From positions 1-48,424 of the forward strand of contig CBDBIJ010000121.1 in NCBI GenBank assembly GCA_965205655.1: a stretch of 48,424 bases of DNA, read 5' to 3'. Below are positions 19,489 to 29,061 of this stretch, piece after piece. Every line of letters starts with the position of its first letter. Positions within the stretch are counted from its first letter, which is position 1. The stretch is from Candidatus Latescibacterota bacterium (GTDB lineage Bacteria; Latescibacterota; UBA2968; UBA8231). The notes under the pieces were generated by a model. The model was given only the letters and a program-made list of their open reading frames with translations. It was not told the origin of the DNA and ran no database searches. Made by a program: the position numbers and the translations under genes.

Positions 19489-19905
19489 GTCGTTTACACA
19501 CCATTTGACCCAAGCTCTGCTGGCCCTCTGTCTCTCCCTCCCAGAGATCGCGAAAGTCGAACTGGGCAAAGCGCGTTTCGGGACCCATGATCTCGTCGAC
19601 CAGGCCCGAGGCGACAGCCGGACGCACATGGTCGTCGAGCTCGGGGTGATACACCAGAATCTGCGCGTGCGAGCGGCAGCCGAATTTGTCGGGACCCCAT
19701 TCGCCGGGAATCTCGCGCTCGGAACGGTCGACGAAATTGCGCAGGACGTCGATGTTTTCAGGCGGCAAGGCGTCGGAGACGACGACGTAGTTCTGGTCGA
19801 CGAAGAACTCGATGGCCTCGTTCGTCCGGTCGGGGGCAAATGTCGGGTGAGCGGCCATGTTTGTTCATCCAGCGCCCTGCGTACCGGGTGAGGTGGGCGA
19901 AGCGC

Positions 19906-22900
19906 TTAGAGCGGTCTGGCGTACTGGTTGAAGCCGACGACGGCGCGAATGAAGAATGACCAGGTGTCGAATTCCCGATAGCTCTCAAACTCGTCGTCGT
20001 AATTCTGCTTGTCCTTCGTGAACCCGATGATGGTGAAGAGCTGGTAGCCGAAATAGTAGGATTGGTTCGTCAGGTTCACGAACTTGGTGCGGCGCTCGAA
20101 GCTGTTGCGCTCGGCGACGCGGTCCTCGAAGCGGTAGGGGAAGGGTCCGATCCCCTGGATGCCGACCTGCAGCGTCGACCGGGTCATGAGCGGGAATTCT
20201 GCCCGCAGGATGGGGATGAGACTCACCTCCGAGCGCAGCGAGCGCTCGGCCCGTTGGTCCCGCAGCTGCAGGAGCATGAACTTGAACTGTGGCTGAATTT
20301 TCAGAGCGCCCCAGTAGCGGGTGTAGTCGGCGCGGCTGACGACGTTCCACTGATCGAGCCGCCGACTGCGCTGGAAAGTGCCGCTGGGCAGGAGGCCTTC
20401 CTGCTGCCAGTTGAGTCGCAGTCGGAGTTTCTGTACGAAGTTGAGGCTGGACCAGGGACGCCAGTGGCCTTCGAGGTAGGTCTCGTTGACGTCGCTGTTC
20501 TCGTAGAAAAGCAAGTCCTGCCGCGTCCTGATCGGGTCTCGGTTGAATATGAGCTTGAGGCCATCGGGACCGCCCCAGGAATAGGCCTCATCTCTGACGG
20601 TGATCTCGAGGTCGTCGCGGACGCGATTGTACTCGTCGGGGATATCGTCCTGCACCCGACGGAAGTGGTTCTCGAAAAAGACCTGCCGCAGCCGCTCGAG
20701 GCCCTGTCGCTGATAGGTGACGAGGGCATAGGTGGAGTTGTTGCGCCCGCCGCTGGCGACGCCCTCCACATCGTGGCGTCCAACACCGACGGCCCAGTGC
20801 GGCGTCAGGTCGTACTGCCCGAAGAGGTGATAGCCGCGCTGATCGTGGTCATAGGGATAGTCGGCATCATAGTCGTCCTCGCGGACATCCGGCTCGTCGT
20901 TGTTGTTGCGGTCCATGCCGTAGACGAAGTCGTTGGGATCGACGTCGTACATCAGGAACGGCTCTTCGTAGTCGGGCAAGGGGTTCAGGTTGCGATTGGT
21001 GTCCGTGACGCCGTCGTTGTCCAGGTCCTGGCCCGGAAAGGTGCCGTCGCAATCAATCGCTCTGCACTCGTCGCCTCCCGGGGAGCCGACGGTCACGCCC
21101 ATGGACAGGTCCGGCCAGCGGTCCGCGTCTTCGTTGTCCTGCACGAGGCGCCATATCATCGTCCGGTTGTCGAGACCGAAGAAAGGATCGGCCGTCCTGT
21201 CGTATCCGACATTCCCCGCTTCTCTGGGCAGATAGGTGACCATGTCGGTCGTGAAGTCCGGGTTCATCGAGAACAGCTCGAAGCCGACGCGGCCTTGACC
21301 GAACCAGCTCGTGCCGTTGAGGAAAGAGGCCGAGCCTTTGTCAGAGAACCGAGGGCTGCTGTGGAAGTCGGGTGTGCCTTCCACATGGGACGGGAAGCGG
21401 GCGAAGAGGGCCGAGCGCGCGTACTCGCCGGTGATCTCGAGCCCCGGCAAACCCAGGTGTAGATCGGCGCTGTAAGTGAAGATCGAGGTGTTGGTGCCGA
21501 CCTCAAAGCCCACTCGCTCGATGTTGGACTGATCGCGCACGTTGCCCTCGGCGCGCAGCACGGTCTCGTAGACGGTGCTGCGGTACTTCACGTCCAAATT
21601 TCCGGGTTTTTCGCTGAACTGGTAGAGCTTGGCTACCTCCACCCGATAGTCGTTGCCGACAACGGCCTCCACCCGCACCGATTCGATACTTGGTACCGCG
21701 GACAGGTCGAAGAGGTAGACGAGGGCGTCGGTGCCGTCGGCGGCGAGGATGTCGTCGGGCGACTCGACGACGAAGGTGGACACCAACCCTTCCAGGTTCG
21801 TGTTCTTTTCCACGGGGTTCCGATCAATCCATTTGGTGTCTCCATTTTCCAGGCGAAGGAAGAAGTCGGGATCCTCGTGTCCCAGCCGATAGAGATAGTC
21901 GGCGTAGAGGGGAATCTCCTGGTCCCGGTAGTATTTTCTCGCCGCCGTCATCTGTCCGCCGCTTTTTAGGATCGTCGACACGAAGTTGTTGTACTCGATC
22001 GGCAGGAATCCGGTACTGAGGGATCGACCGACCTGGGTCCCGGTGGTGGACCGGTGGCGGATCACCCGGGGCCTGATGTCCGGCCGCCGATCGCCGTCGA
22101 TGATGAGCTCGACCTCCTGCACGACGGCTCCACCCGCGCCGTCCCCCGGCGAGTCGTCGGTAAAGCGCAAGATCAGGATCTCGAAAAGGGGATGATCGGG
22201 ACGCAGGATCCCCTTCATGCTGTTGTTCGTGCCGGTGGCCCGGAAGGCATGCACATTGACGCCGTTGAGCCCGATCTGCAGAGCCCCGATATCCGCCTGG
22301 GCTCGGGTGCCCAGCAGCATGGACGAATCGTTGGTGTGCTCTTCGAGCGGGTTGAGGTTTTGGGCCCAATTCCACTCGACGTTCGGGCGGGCTATCCGGG
22401 ACGCGAGCGTGGTGAGCTTGAAGTACGGGGTCGACAGGTCGAGACGGGCGCCGTTGTAGTCCGTCATCGACAGGGTCAACGGCGTGAAGCGGGCGATCAG
22501 GCCATCACCGACGATGAGGCTGTAACCCCACGAGCGGTGGCTGTCGTGGCCCACCACAAGATTGTCGAACACGTAGAACCAGGAGGTCCAATCCTTGAAG
22601 AGGCTGCTGCCGATGAGCTGGCCAGGCTGACGCCGCTCTTCCCAGGAGTAGAGCTCGTAGCCGGTGGTCAGATAGTCGCCGAACTGGCTGTAGAAGCCCC
22701 GGGGTCGGCTGTGAAACCCGATGTCTTGAAGCCCCTGCCAGGGAAAGGCGTGATCCGCCTGGTGACCGTAGGTATCCCAGGCAAAATTGCTATACGAAGG
22801 CTGTTGGTAGCGCAGGAAGGGGCGGGAGTCGAACGTTTCGGGAAGGGCCACATAGTCCCCTTCGCTCTGATCGGCGCCAGCACGTGCCAGTATGGCCGAC

Positions 22901-22956
22901 AATGCCACAGACAGCAACAGAGTCCAGCTGCGTGTGGATGTTAGGATGCTGCCCAT
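19906..22956 (-). CDS. Large exported protein of unknown function, putative outer-membrane protein with acidic Ca-binding repeats
   Basis: Signal-peptide-like LLLSVALSAILARAGA after ATG 22956 (ORF is open from 23049). DxDxDxxxD repeats (DNEDADRWPD, DLDNDGVTD, DRNNNDEPD) and aromatic alternating beta-strands at the C-terminus. Confidence 0.7.
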   Translation of the reverse strand: MGSILTSTRSWTLLLSVALSAILARAGADQSEGDYVALPETFDSRPFLRYQQPSYSNFAWDTYGHQADHAFPWQGLQDIGFHSRPRGFYSQFGDYLTTGYELYSWEERRQPGQLIGSSLFKDWTSWFYVFDNLVVGHDSHRSWGYSLIVGDGLIARFTPLTLSMTDYNGARLDLSTPYFKLTTLASRIARPNVEWNWAQNLNPLEEHTNDSSMLLGTRAQADIGALQIGLNGVNVHAFRATGTNNSMKGILRPDHPLFEILILRFTDDSPGDGAGGAVVQEVELIIDGDRRPDIRPRVIRHRSTTGTQVGRSLSTGFLPIEYNNFVSTILKSGGQMTAARKYYRDQEIPLYADYLYRLGHEDPDFFLRLENGDTKWIDRNPVEKNTNLEGLVSTFVVESPDDILAADGTDALVYLFDLSAVPSIESVRVEAVVGNDYRVEVAKLYQFSEKPGNLDVKYRSTVYETVLRAEGNVRDQSNIERVGFEVGTNTSIFTYSADLHLGLPGLEITGEYARSALFARFPSHVEGTPDFHSSPRFSDKGSASFLNGTSWFGQGRVGFELFSMNPDFTTDMVTYLPREAGNVGYDRTADPFFGLDNRTMIWRLVQDNEDADRWPDLSMGVTVGSPGGDECRAIDCDGTFPGQDLDNDGVTDTNRNLNPLPDYEEPFLMYDVDPNDFVYGMDRNNNDEPDVREDDYDADYPYDHDQRGYHLFGQYDLTPHWAVGVGRHDVEGVASGGRNNSTYALVTYQRQGLERLRQVFFENHFRRVQDDIPDEYNRVRDDLEITVRDEAYSWGGPDGLKLIFNRDPIRTRQDLLFYENSDVNETYLEGHWRPWSSLNFVQKLRLRLNWQQEGLLPSGTFQRSRRLDQWNVVSRADYTRYWGALKIQPQFKFMLLQLRDQRAERSLRSEVSLIPILRAEFPLMTRSTLQVGIQGIGPFPYRFEDRVAERNSFERRTKFVNLTNQSYYFGYQLFTIIGFTKDKQNYDDEFESYREFDTWSFFIRAVVGFNQYARPL

Positions 22957-23193
22957 AAACTGGTGGTCACAACAGCTGCGAGTCGACATCACCGGATCAA
23001 CTCCCATAGAGTGGTAGGGCGAAATGTGAGTATTCTTACCAGTCCCCACAACACAACCGCTGAGGCTTGAGTGCCCGCGCTCGATTCGTCAACTTTGCCA
23101 TCCCCTGACCGTTAGCAGGAAAAGGCGCTGGCGTTGCGTGCGTTAAGATGTAGATACAAGACAACGAACCCACCATGAGAGGCGGAGACTCAC

Positions 23194-23604
23194 ATGGCGC
23201 TAGAAAATCCCATTCTAGGCAACGGACTCGATCACATCAGCTTAGAGGACATTAAGAGAGAGCTGGGCCCGCCTCCATGGTCAAACGCCGTCGTTCGCGC
23301 AGATCACATCGCCGGCGTCGTCATCTACCAGGACAGCGGCGAGCCCAACAACGACTGGCATTGTCACAACTACGACGAATGGTGGGTCGTGCTCGAAGGT
23401 GAGATTGACTGGGTCGTGGAAGGACGAGACGAACCGATTCAGGCCATGACCGGCGACTTCGTTCACGTGCCCGCTCTGACGTTTCACCAGATCTTTCCAA
23501 AAGGGGATGGTCCCTCAGTGCGACTCGGAATGACTCTCCCGGGAACAGGTGGACACCTACACGAACGGCCAGAGCGCAAGGTAAAGGTCAACCTCGAACA
23601 GTGA
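23194..23604 (+). CDS. Cupin domain protein
   Basis: WHCHNYDEWWVVLEG and GDFVHVPA..FH cupin motifs; GGAG RBS. Confidence 0.85.
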   Translation: MALENPILGNGLDHISLEDIKRELGPPPWSNAVVRADHIAGVVIYQDSGEPNNDWHCHNYDEWWVVLEGEIDWVVEGRDEPIQAMTGDFVHVPALTFHQIFPKGDGPSVRLGMTLPGTGGHLHERPERKVKVNLEQ

Positions 23605-23660
23605 TCGCCTTCCCTCCGTAGTGGCGCCGGTGTGCTCCGTCGGCCGAACGTAGGCGCAAG

Positions 23661-24539
23661 ATGGGGGCGCTGGCAGTTGTGCTTGCCGTGTCGTCGGGGA
23701 TCCTTCACGCCCTGCGGAACCTGCTTGTGAAGAAAGCGATCGACAAGCAGGTCTTTGCCTGGTTGGGCCTGCTTATCGGTCTCGGCATCTATATCCCCGC
23801 CGCCGTTTACTTCGCTCGGGGCAGCGCCATCCCCGTCGGCGCAACGGTCTACTACAGCTTGATGTCCGGTGTCATTCACTTTTTGTACATGCTGTTCTAC
23901 ACGAAGTCGTATGAGAAAGGTGACCTCTCTCACGTCTACCCCATAATGCGCTCTGCGCCCGCCCTCGTGCTCCCGATCGCGATTCTCTTCCTCGACGAGT
24001 ACGTGTCCTGGCAGGGGGCTCTCGGAATTGCCCTCGTGGTGATGGGAGCGTATGTGATCAATCTGAGACGTCTGTCTCCCGCAACCTTGCTCCAGCCGCT
24101 CTTGTCCATGCGACGGGAAGCGCCCGTTCGGCTTGCCGGACTGACGATGATCACGGTGGCCGGCTACTCGATTGTCGACAAACTCGCCGTCGCCGTCATC
24201 GATCCGGTCGTCTACATCTCCACCTTCCAGTCTTGCACGTTTCTGCTTTTCGCGGGTTATGTAGCTGTGAGCAAGGATCTTAGCGCGATCCGCAACGAAT
24301 GGAGATTCAACAAGTGCTCCGTGATCCTGAACGGCATTTTCGGATTGACGAGCTACGTGCTGATTTTGTTTGCATTTCAAACGGAGCGGGTGAGCTACAT
24401 TGTCGGGCTCAGGCAGATCAGTGTGGTCGTGGCCGTGATCCTGGGAGGACAACTGCTGGGCGAAGGATTTCAGCGGATCCGACTGATAGCGTCCTTGCTC
24501 ATCTTCGGCGGCGTCATGCTCATATCAACCGCTGCTTAG
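23661..24539 (+). CDS. EamA/DMT family transporter
   Basis: About 10 hydrophobic helices, YEKGDLSHVYPIMR, two EamA repeats each ending in E. Confidence 0.9.
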   Translation: MGALAVVLAVSSGILHALRNLLVKKAIDKQVFAWLGLLIGLGIYIPAAVYFARGSAIPVGATVYYSLMSGVIHFLYMLFYTKSYEKGDLSHVYPIMRSAPALVLPIAILFLDEYVSWQGALGIALVVMGAYVINLRRLSPATLLQPLLSMRREAPVRLAGLTMITVAGYSIVDKLAVAVIDPVVYISTFQSCTFLLFAGYVAVSKDLSAIRNEWRFNKCSVILNGIFGLTSYVLILFAFQTERVSYIVGLRQISVVVAVILGGQLLGEGFQRIRLIASLLIFGGVMLISTAA

Positions 24540-24575
24540 GGCGACGGACGTGCTGTCGCCACGGGCTGTACACAG

Positions 24576-27500
24576 GTGATGAACCGGCTTCTCAACGTAA
24601 CACCACTCGGTGCCAGCGCAGGTTTCACGATGTGCCTGCTGCTCGTCTGCGCGCCCGCGTCGGCCGATTCCGACCGCATTGCCGCGACCGTCCGCTACCT
24701 CAGTTCATTGGGCTCGCGTGTCGTCGGGTACCCGGGCTGCGACAGCGCCGCCGCCTTCATTGAGGCGGAGTTTCGCGCCATGCAACTCGAGCGAATCCGA
24801 CGCGAGCAGTTCGAGATCATCATTCCGATTGATAAGGGCGGGCGACTGCGCGTGGGGGAAGTGGAGATTCCCGCTCACGGCCTGTGGCCGAACCTGGTGC
24901 GCACTCCAACGGTTGCGCCCGAGGGCGTGCACGCACCGATGATCTACGGTGGACACGGAGACTGGACCGACTTCGACGGCCAGGAAGTGGACGGCCGCAT
25001 CGTCCTACTGGAATTCAATAGCGAGGATCGCTGGCTGCACGCCGGTGCCCTGGGCGCCCGGGCAGTCGTTTTCATCGCGCCGGAGAAGAGCACCTGGCTG
25101 CAGGCCAACGAAAAGTACGTCGGGACGCCCCTGGACCTGCCTCGATACTGGATCGACCGCAAGCGCGGTACCGCTCTTCGCCACCAGCTTCTTCAGCAGG
25201 GAGAACTCCCGGTTTCACTGTACGGCAGGATGGACTGGGAGGAACGACCCGCCTGGAACATCGTGGGCGAGATTACCGGAACGGATCCGCAGCTCAAGGA
25301 TGAGCTCGTGGTGGTGCAGGCCTACTATGACGGCATCTCCGTGGTCCCGGCCCTGGCGCCCAGTGCCGAAGCCGCGGCCGGCATCGCCGCTTTGCTCGAG
25401 CTCGGTCGGCATCTGCGGGATCAACCGCCGGCGCGGTCGGTGCTCCTGCTGGCGACCTCGGCCCACTTCCATGACAGGCTGGGCACCAGAGCTTTCTTCG
25501 AACGCCACGCCCGCTTCACCTACGCCGAACGAGTTCCGCAGCCGCTTCCGGTGAAGCTTTTCATCAGTCTCGATCTTTCCAGCCGCAGCGACCGGCTGGG
25601 TATCTGGCACGCCACCGGCATCTCTTCCCTGCGCCGCTTTTACGCTTCATTCGGCCGTCGCTTCACGACCTACGCGCGCCAGATCGCGCCGGGGATCGGT
25701 CTGCATCCGGATCGCGCCCTCGCCAACGGAATCAGTCCCACCCGCGGTCTCGAATGGTGGAACTTCGTGCCGGCCGGGATGATGACCGATGCCCGGGTGG
25801 CTTTCAAGGGTGGACTCGTCTCTCTGCTTTTTGCGACCGTTTTCGATGAGCGATTTCAGCTGGATACACCTCTGGACCTGCCGGAATCGGTCGATTTCGA
25901 GAATCTCGCACGCCAAACGGCGCTGCTCCTGCCGATGCTGCGCCGCGGTCTGAATGATCCAAAGTTGTTTACCGATCTGAAAAGGTTCGGCGCGGTTGTG
26001 AAGGACAGGCTTCGGTACGACGACCGAGGCCAGAGCCCGGTGCTCAGGGATCAGCTCGGCGACCTTAGAGTAGAGGTGCGCGGTTTCCCGAGGAGAAGCC
26101 AATTGCCCGACCAACCGATCGGCGATGCGCTCGTAGTCTTCTCGTGGGGGAGTGTTGGCGCCAAGCCGCTCAAAGGAGTTCGTGCTCTGCGTTACCTTCG
26201 CACCGCCGCGGACGGCAATGTCACCTTCTACGGACTTCCGTATGGCGGGGGCGATCTCACCGTCTATGGCCTGGACCCAATCAGCGGCGATGTTGTCCTG
26301 GCCCCCGACCTGAGCAAGCGCTCTCAGGTCTACAACCAAGCGCGGCCCGGGGGCGCAGTCAGCGTCGGCGTGGGCCCCTCCTCCACCGAAAAGACGATCG
26401 TCACCTTTGCCGCGGTGCCGCGGCCGGTCTACGGCCTGATCGATCCGAATTCGCTTCTACCGATGCGCACCCTGGAGGCGTTTGATCCCGCCGGGCGTGC
26501 GGCGCGCCAGTTCGGCTACGCCATCCACGGTTCCAGCAGCGACGGCGTCGGTGTCGTATTCGGGCCGCGGGGATCGGATCACTCCGACCGCCTCAAACTG
26601 GTGGTGGATGGCGGTCGCATGTTGTTGACAAAGAGCCTGGGCACCGAGAGCGAAAAGCGGGCACGAGGTGTCGGCTTTCTCCTCGCCTCCGAGTCGCTCA
26701 CACCTCAGACCGATCTGCTGGGACTTCGGGACATGTGGCGGCTGACCGAAAGCCGAATTCAGACCATGCGCCGGCACGTCATCGAGAATCAGCGCCTCAC
26801 CCGCCTGCACGAACGGACCCGGCATCTCATGGCGGCGGCCGAGGATGCCGGCCGCGAACTGCGATGGTCCGACTTTGTCGCCAACGTGCGGGAGGCCACG
26901 GGCACGGAGGCGCGGGCGTATCCCGATGCGCTCGCCACCTTGAACGACGTTATCAAGGGCATGTTGTTCTTTCTGGCTTTGGTGATTCCGGCGGCGTTCT
27001 TTTCGGAGCGTCTGCTGGTGGCCGCGGCGGACATCAGGCGGCAATTGCTGGGGTTTGCGGTCTTGCTGCTGCTGGTGTGGGTGGTGATCTCCCAGATCCA
27101 TCCGGCCTTTGCAATCGCCAATCCCCTCGTCATTCTCCTGGCGTTCGCAATCATGGCCATGGCAGTGTTCGTGCTCGCGATGGTCTTCAGTCGGTTCAAT
27201 CGCTACATGCGGGATTATCGGACCGGCGACGCGCAGGTGCACGAGACAGACATCAGCCGCGGCGGTGCCCTCTACAGCGCCTTCATGCTCGGCATCTCAA
27301 ACATGCGCCGTCGCAAGCTGCGCACCTGGCTCACTTTCATAACGCTGACGCTGCTCACCTCTACCGTGCTCTCCTTCTCGTCCTACAAGGACCGCATCCA
27401 CTTTCTCGGTTTCGAGCTCTCCAAGAGAGGGTCCTACGCCGGAGCCCTCATTCGCGACATCGATTGGAAACGACTGGAGCTCATTCAGCATGAGTACGTG

Positions 27501-29058
27501 CGCTCCCATTTCGGCGGCCACGCTCTGTTGAGCCCGCGCAGCTGGTATCTAGTAGAAAAGGCCGAAGAGGGCGGAGCGATCGTCGTCAACAGCGGGCCGA
27601 AATCGGCTAGGGCCAACGGGTTGCTCGGGCTCAGTAGCGTCGAGTCGGAGCTAACCCGGTTCGACGACGCTGTGGTGGTGGGCACGTGGTTCGAGCGCGA
27701 CGACGAATCCGCCTGCCTGCTGCCATCGCGGATGGCGGAGATTCTGGGAATCGACGCAGACCAGGTGGGAACGGCAACCGTGGCGGTCTTTGGCCGCGAG
27801 CTGCTGGTCAGGGGCATAGTCGACGAGGAGCGGGTCGAGCAGCTGCTCGATCTCGACGGTGAGAACCCTGACGCCGGTGGACTTCAGACTGCCAACGATC
27901 GTCGTGGGGCTCCCCGACATGAACTCGGACCTGGAGTTGGATCCGGAGCTGGCTTCGAAAGTCGAGGTGGATTCCGGAATGCCGCGGCCCCGCGCCCATC
28001 TACCCCCGGAGCAGGTGCTCTACATGCCTTTTCAGACGCTCATGGAGTCCGGAGGCAGACTGCGATCCATAGCCGTCAAATTCCGCGAGGGAGCGGATGT
28101 GCTGGGGCTGGTCGAAACCTTTCTGGAGCGGGTGAAAACCAGTCTTTTCGCCGGACTGGCCGAACCCGGGAGCGAAGAAATCCGGGTCTACTCCTACACA
28201 TCGGCCGGCACCAAGGCCATCGAGGGCCTCGGAAAGCTGCTCATACCGATGGTCATCGCTGCGCTGATCGTTTTGAATACCATGCTGGCAGCGGTCCACG
28301 AGCGCAGTCGCGAGATCCGCATCTACTCCTCCGTCGGGCTCGCGCCCGCCCACATTGCCGTGCTCTTCATCGCCGAGGCGTGTGTGTACGCCGTGCTGGG
28401 GATAACTGCTGGCTATATCCTGGGACAAGGAGCGGGCAAGTTGCTCGTGGCCGCCGATCTCGCTGCGGGAATTACCCTCAACTACTCTTCCCTGGCCGCC
28501 GTTGCATCGGCACTGATGGTGATGGCCGTCGTTCTACTTTCCACTTTCTATCCGGCCCGCATCGCGGCCCAGGCCGCAGCTCCGGATGTGATTCGTCGCT
28601 GGCACCCGCCGCCGCCAGAGGGAGACCGCTGGAATTTCCAGTTCCCGTTTACGGTGAGCAGAGCCGAGGTCGTCGGGTTGTGCGGATTCCTCTACAGCTA
28701 CTTCAAGGCCTACAGCGAAGAGTCGCTGGGGACATTCTTTACCGACAGGACGCGCATCGTTCGGGAAGAGCATGAAGGAGGAGAGGAGTACGGTCTGCAG
28801 ATGATGATCTGGCTGGCGCCTTTCGACATGGGGGTCAGCGAGTACCTGCAGATCGCCTTCGCGCCCACCGAAGTCGTCTCTATCTACTCGATCGAGATAT
28901 TCATCCAGCGCATCAGCGGCCAGGATGCCTTCTGGAAGAGCACGAACGAGCGCTTCATGACGGCCTTGCGCAAGCAGTTCCTCATATGGCACATCCTCGA
29001 CGACGACGCCAAGGAGCTGCATCGGCAAACCGCGGCGAGCCAGCGGAAAGAGGAATAG
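24576..29058 (+). CDS. PA + M28-like ectodomain fused to a multi-TM FtsX/MacB-like permease (~1490 aa); one +1 frameshift near 27864-27868
   Basis: LGSRVVGYPG, PA domain (IYGGHG...DGRIVLL), M28-like core, MLGISNMRRRKLRTWLT and VLNTMLAAVHERSREIRIY..VG FtsX motifs. ORFs 24576..28775 and 27859..29058 join as DLDGE-x-LTPVDF. Confidence 0.82.
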
Positions 29059-29061
29059 CGG

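Larger units (their letters stand above)
16798..19517 (+). mobile_element. IS256-family element A (about 1376 bp native) with an IS3 copy inserted just inside its left end
   Basis: IRs GAGCTATAATCAGAAGGTGTGGAAATAGAC / GAGCTTGGGTCAAATGGTGTGTAAACGAC; TSD TGCTGGCC at 19518-19525 versus T-CTGGCC at 16791-16797. Confidence 0.88.
15056..19858 (-). pseudogene. PhyH-family dioxygenase gene cut into three pieces by IS256 (carrying IS3) and IS30
   Basis: Segments 19518-19858 (EFFVDQNYVVVSDAL), 16601-16790 (RWHKD, FGLVPNSH) and 15056-15352 (GPAGTVVLYN..IQH..R) reconstruct a ~275 aa PhyH protein. A 1-bp adjustment is needed at each junction. Confidence 0.82.
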
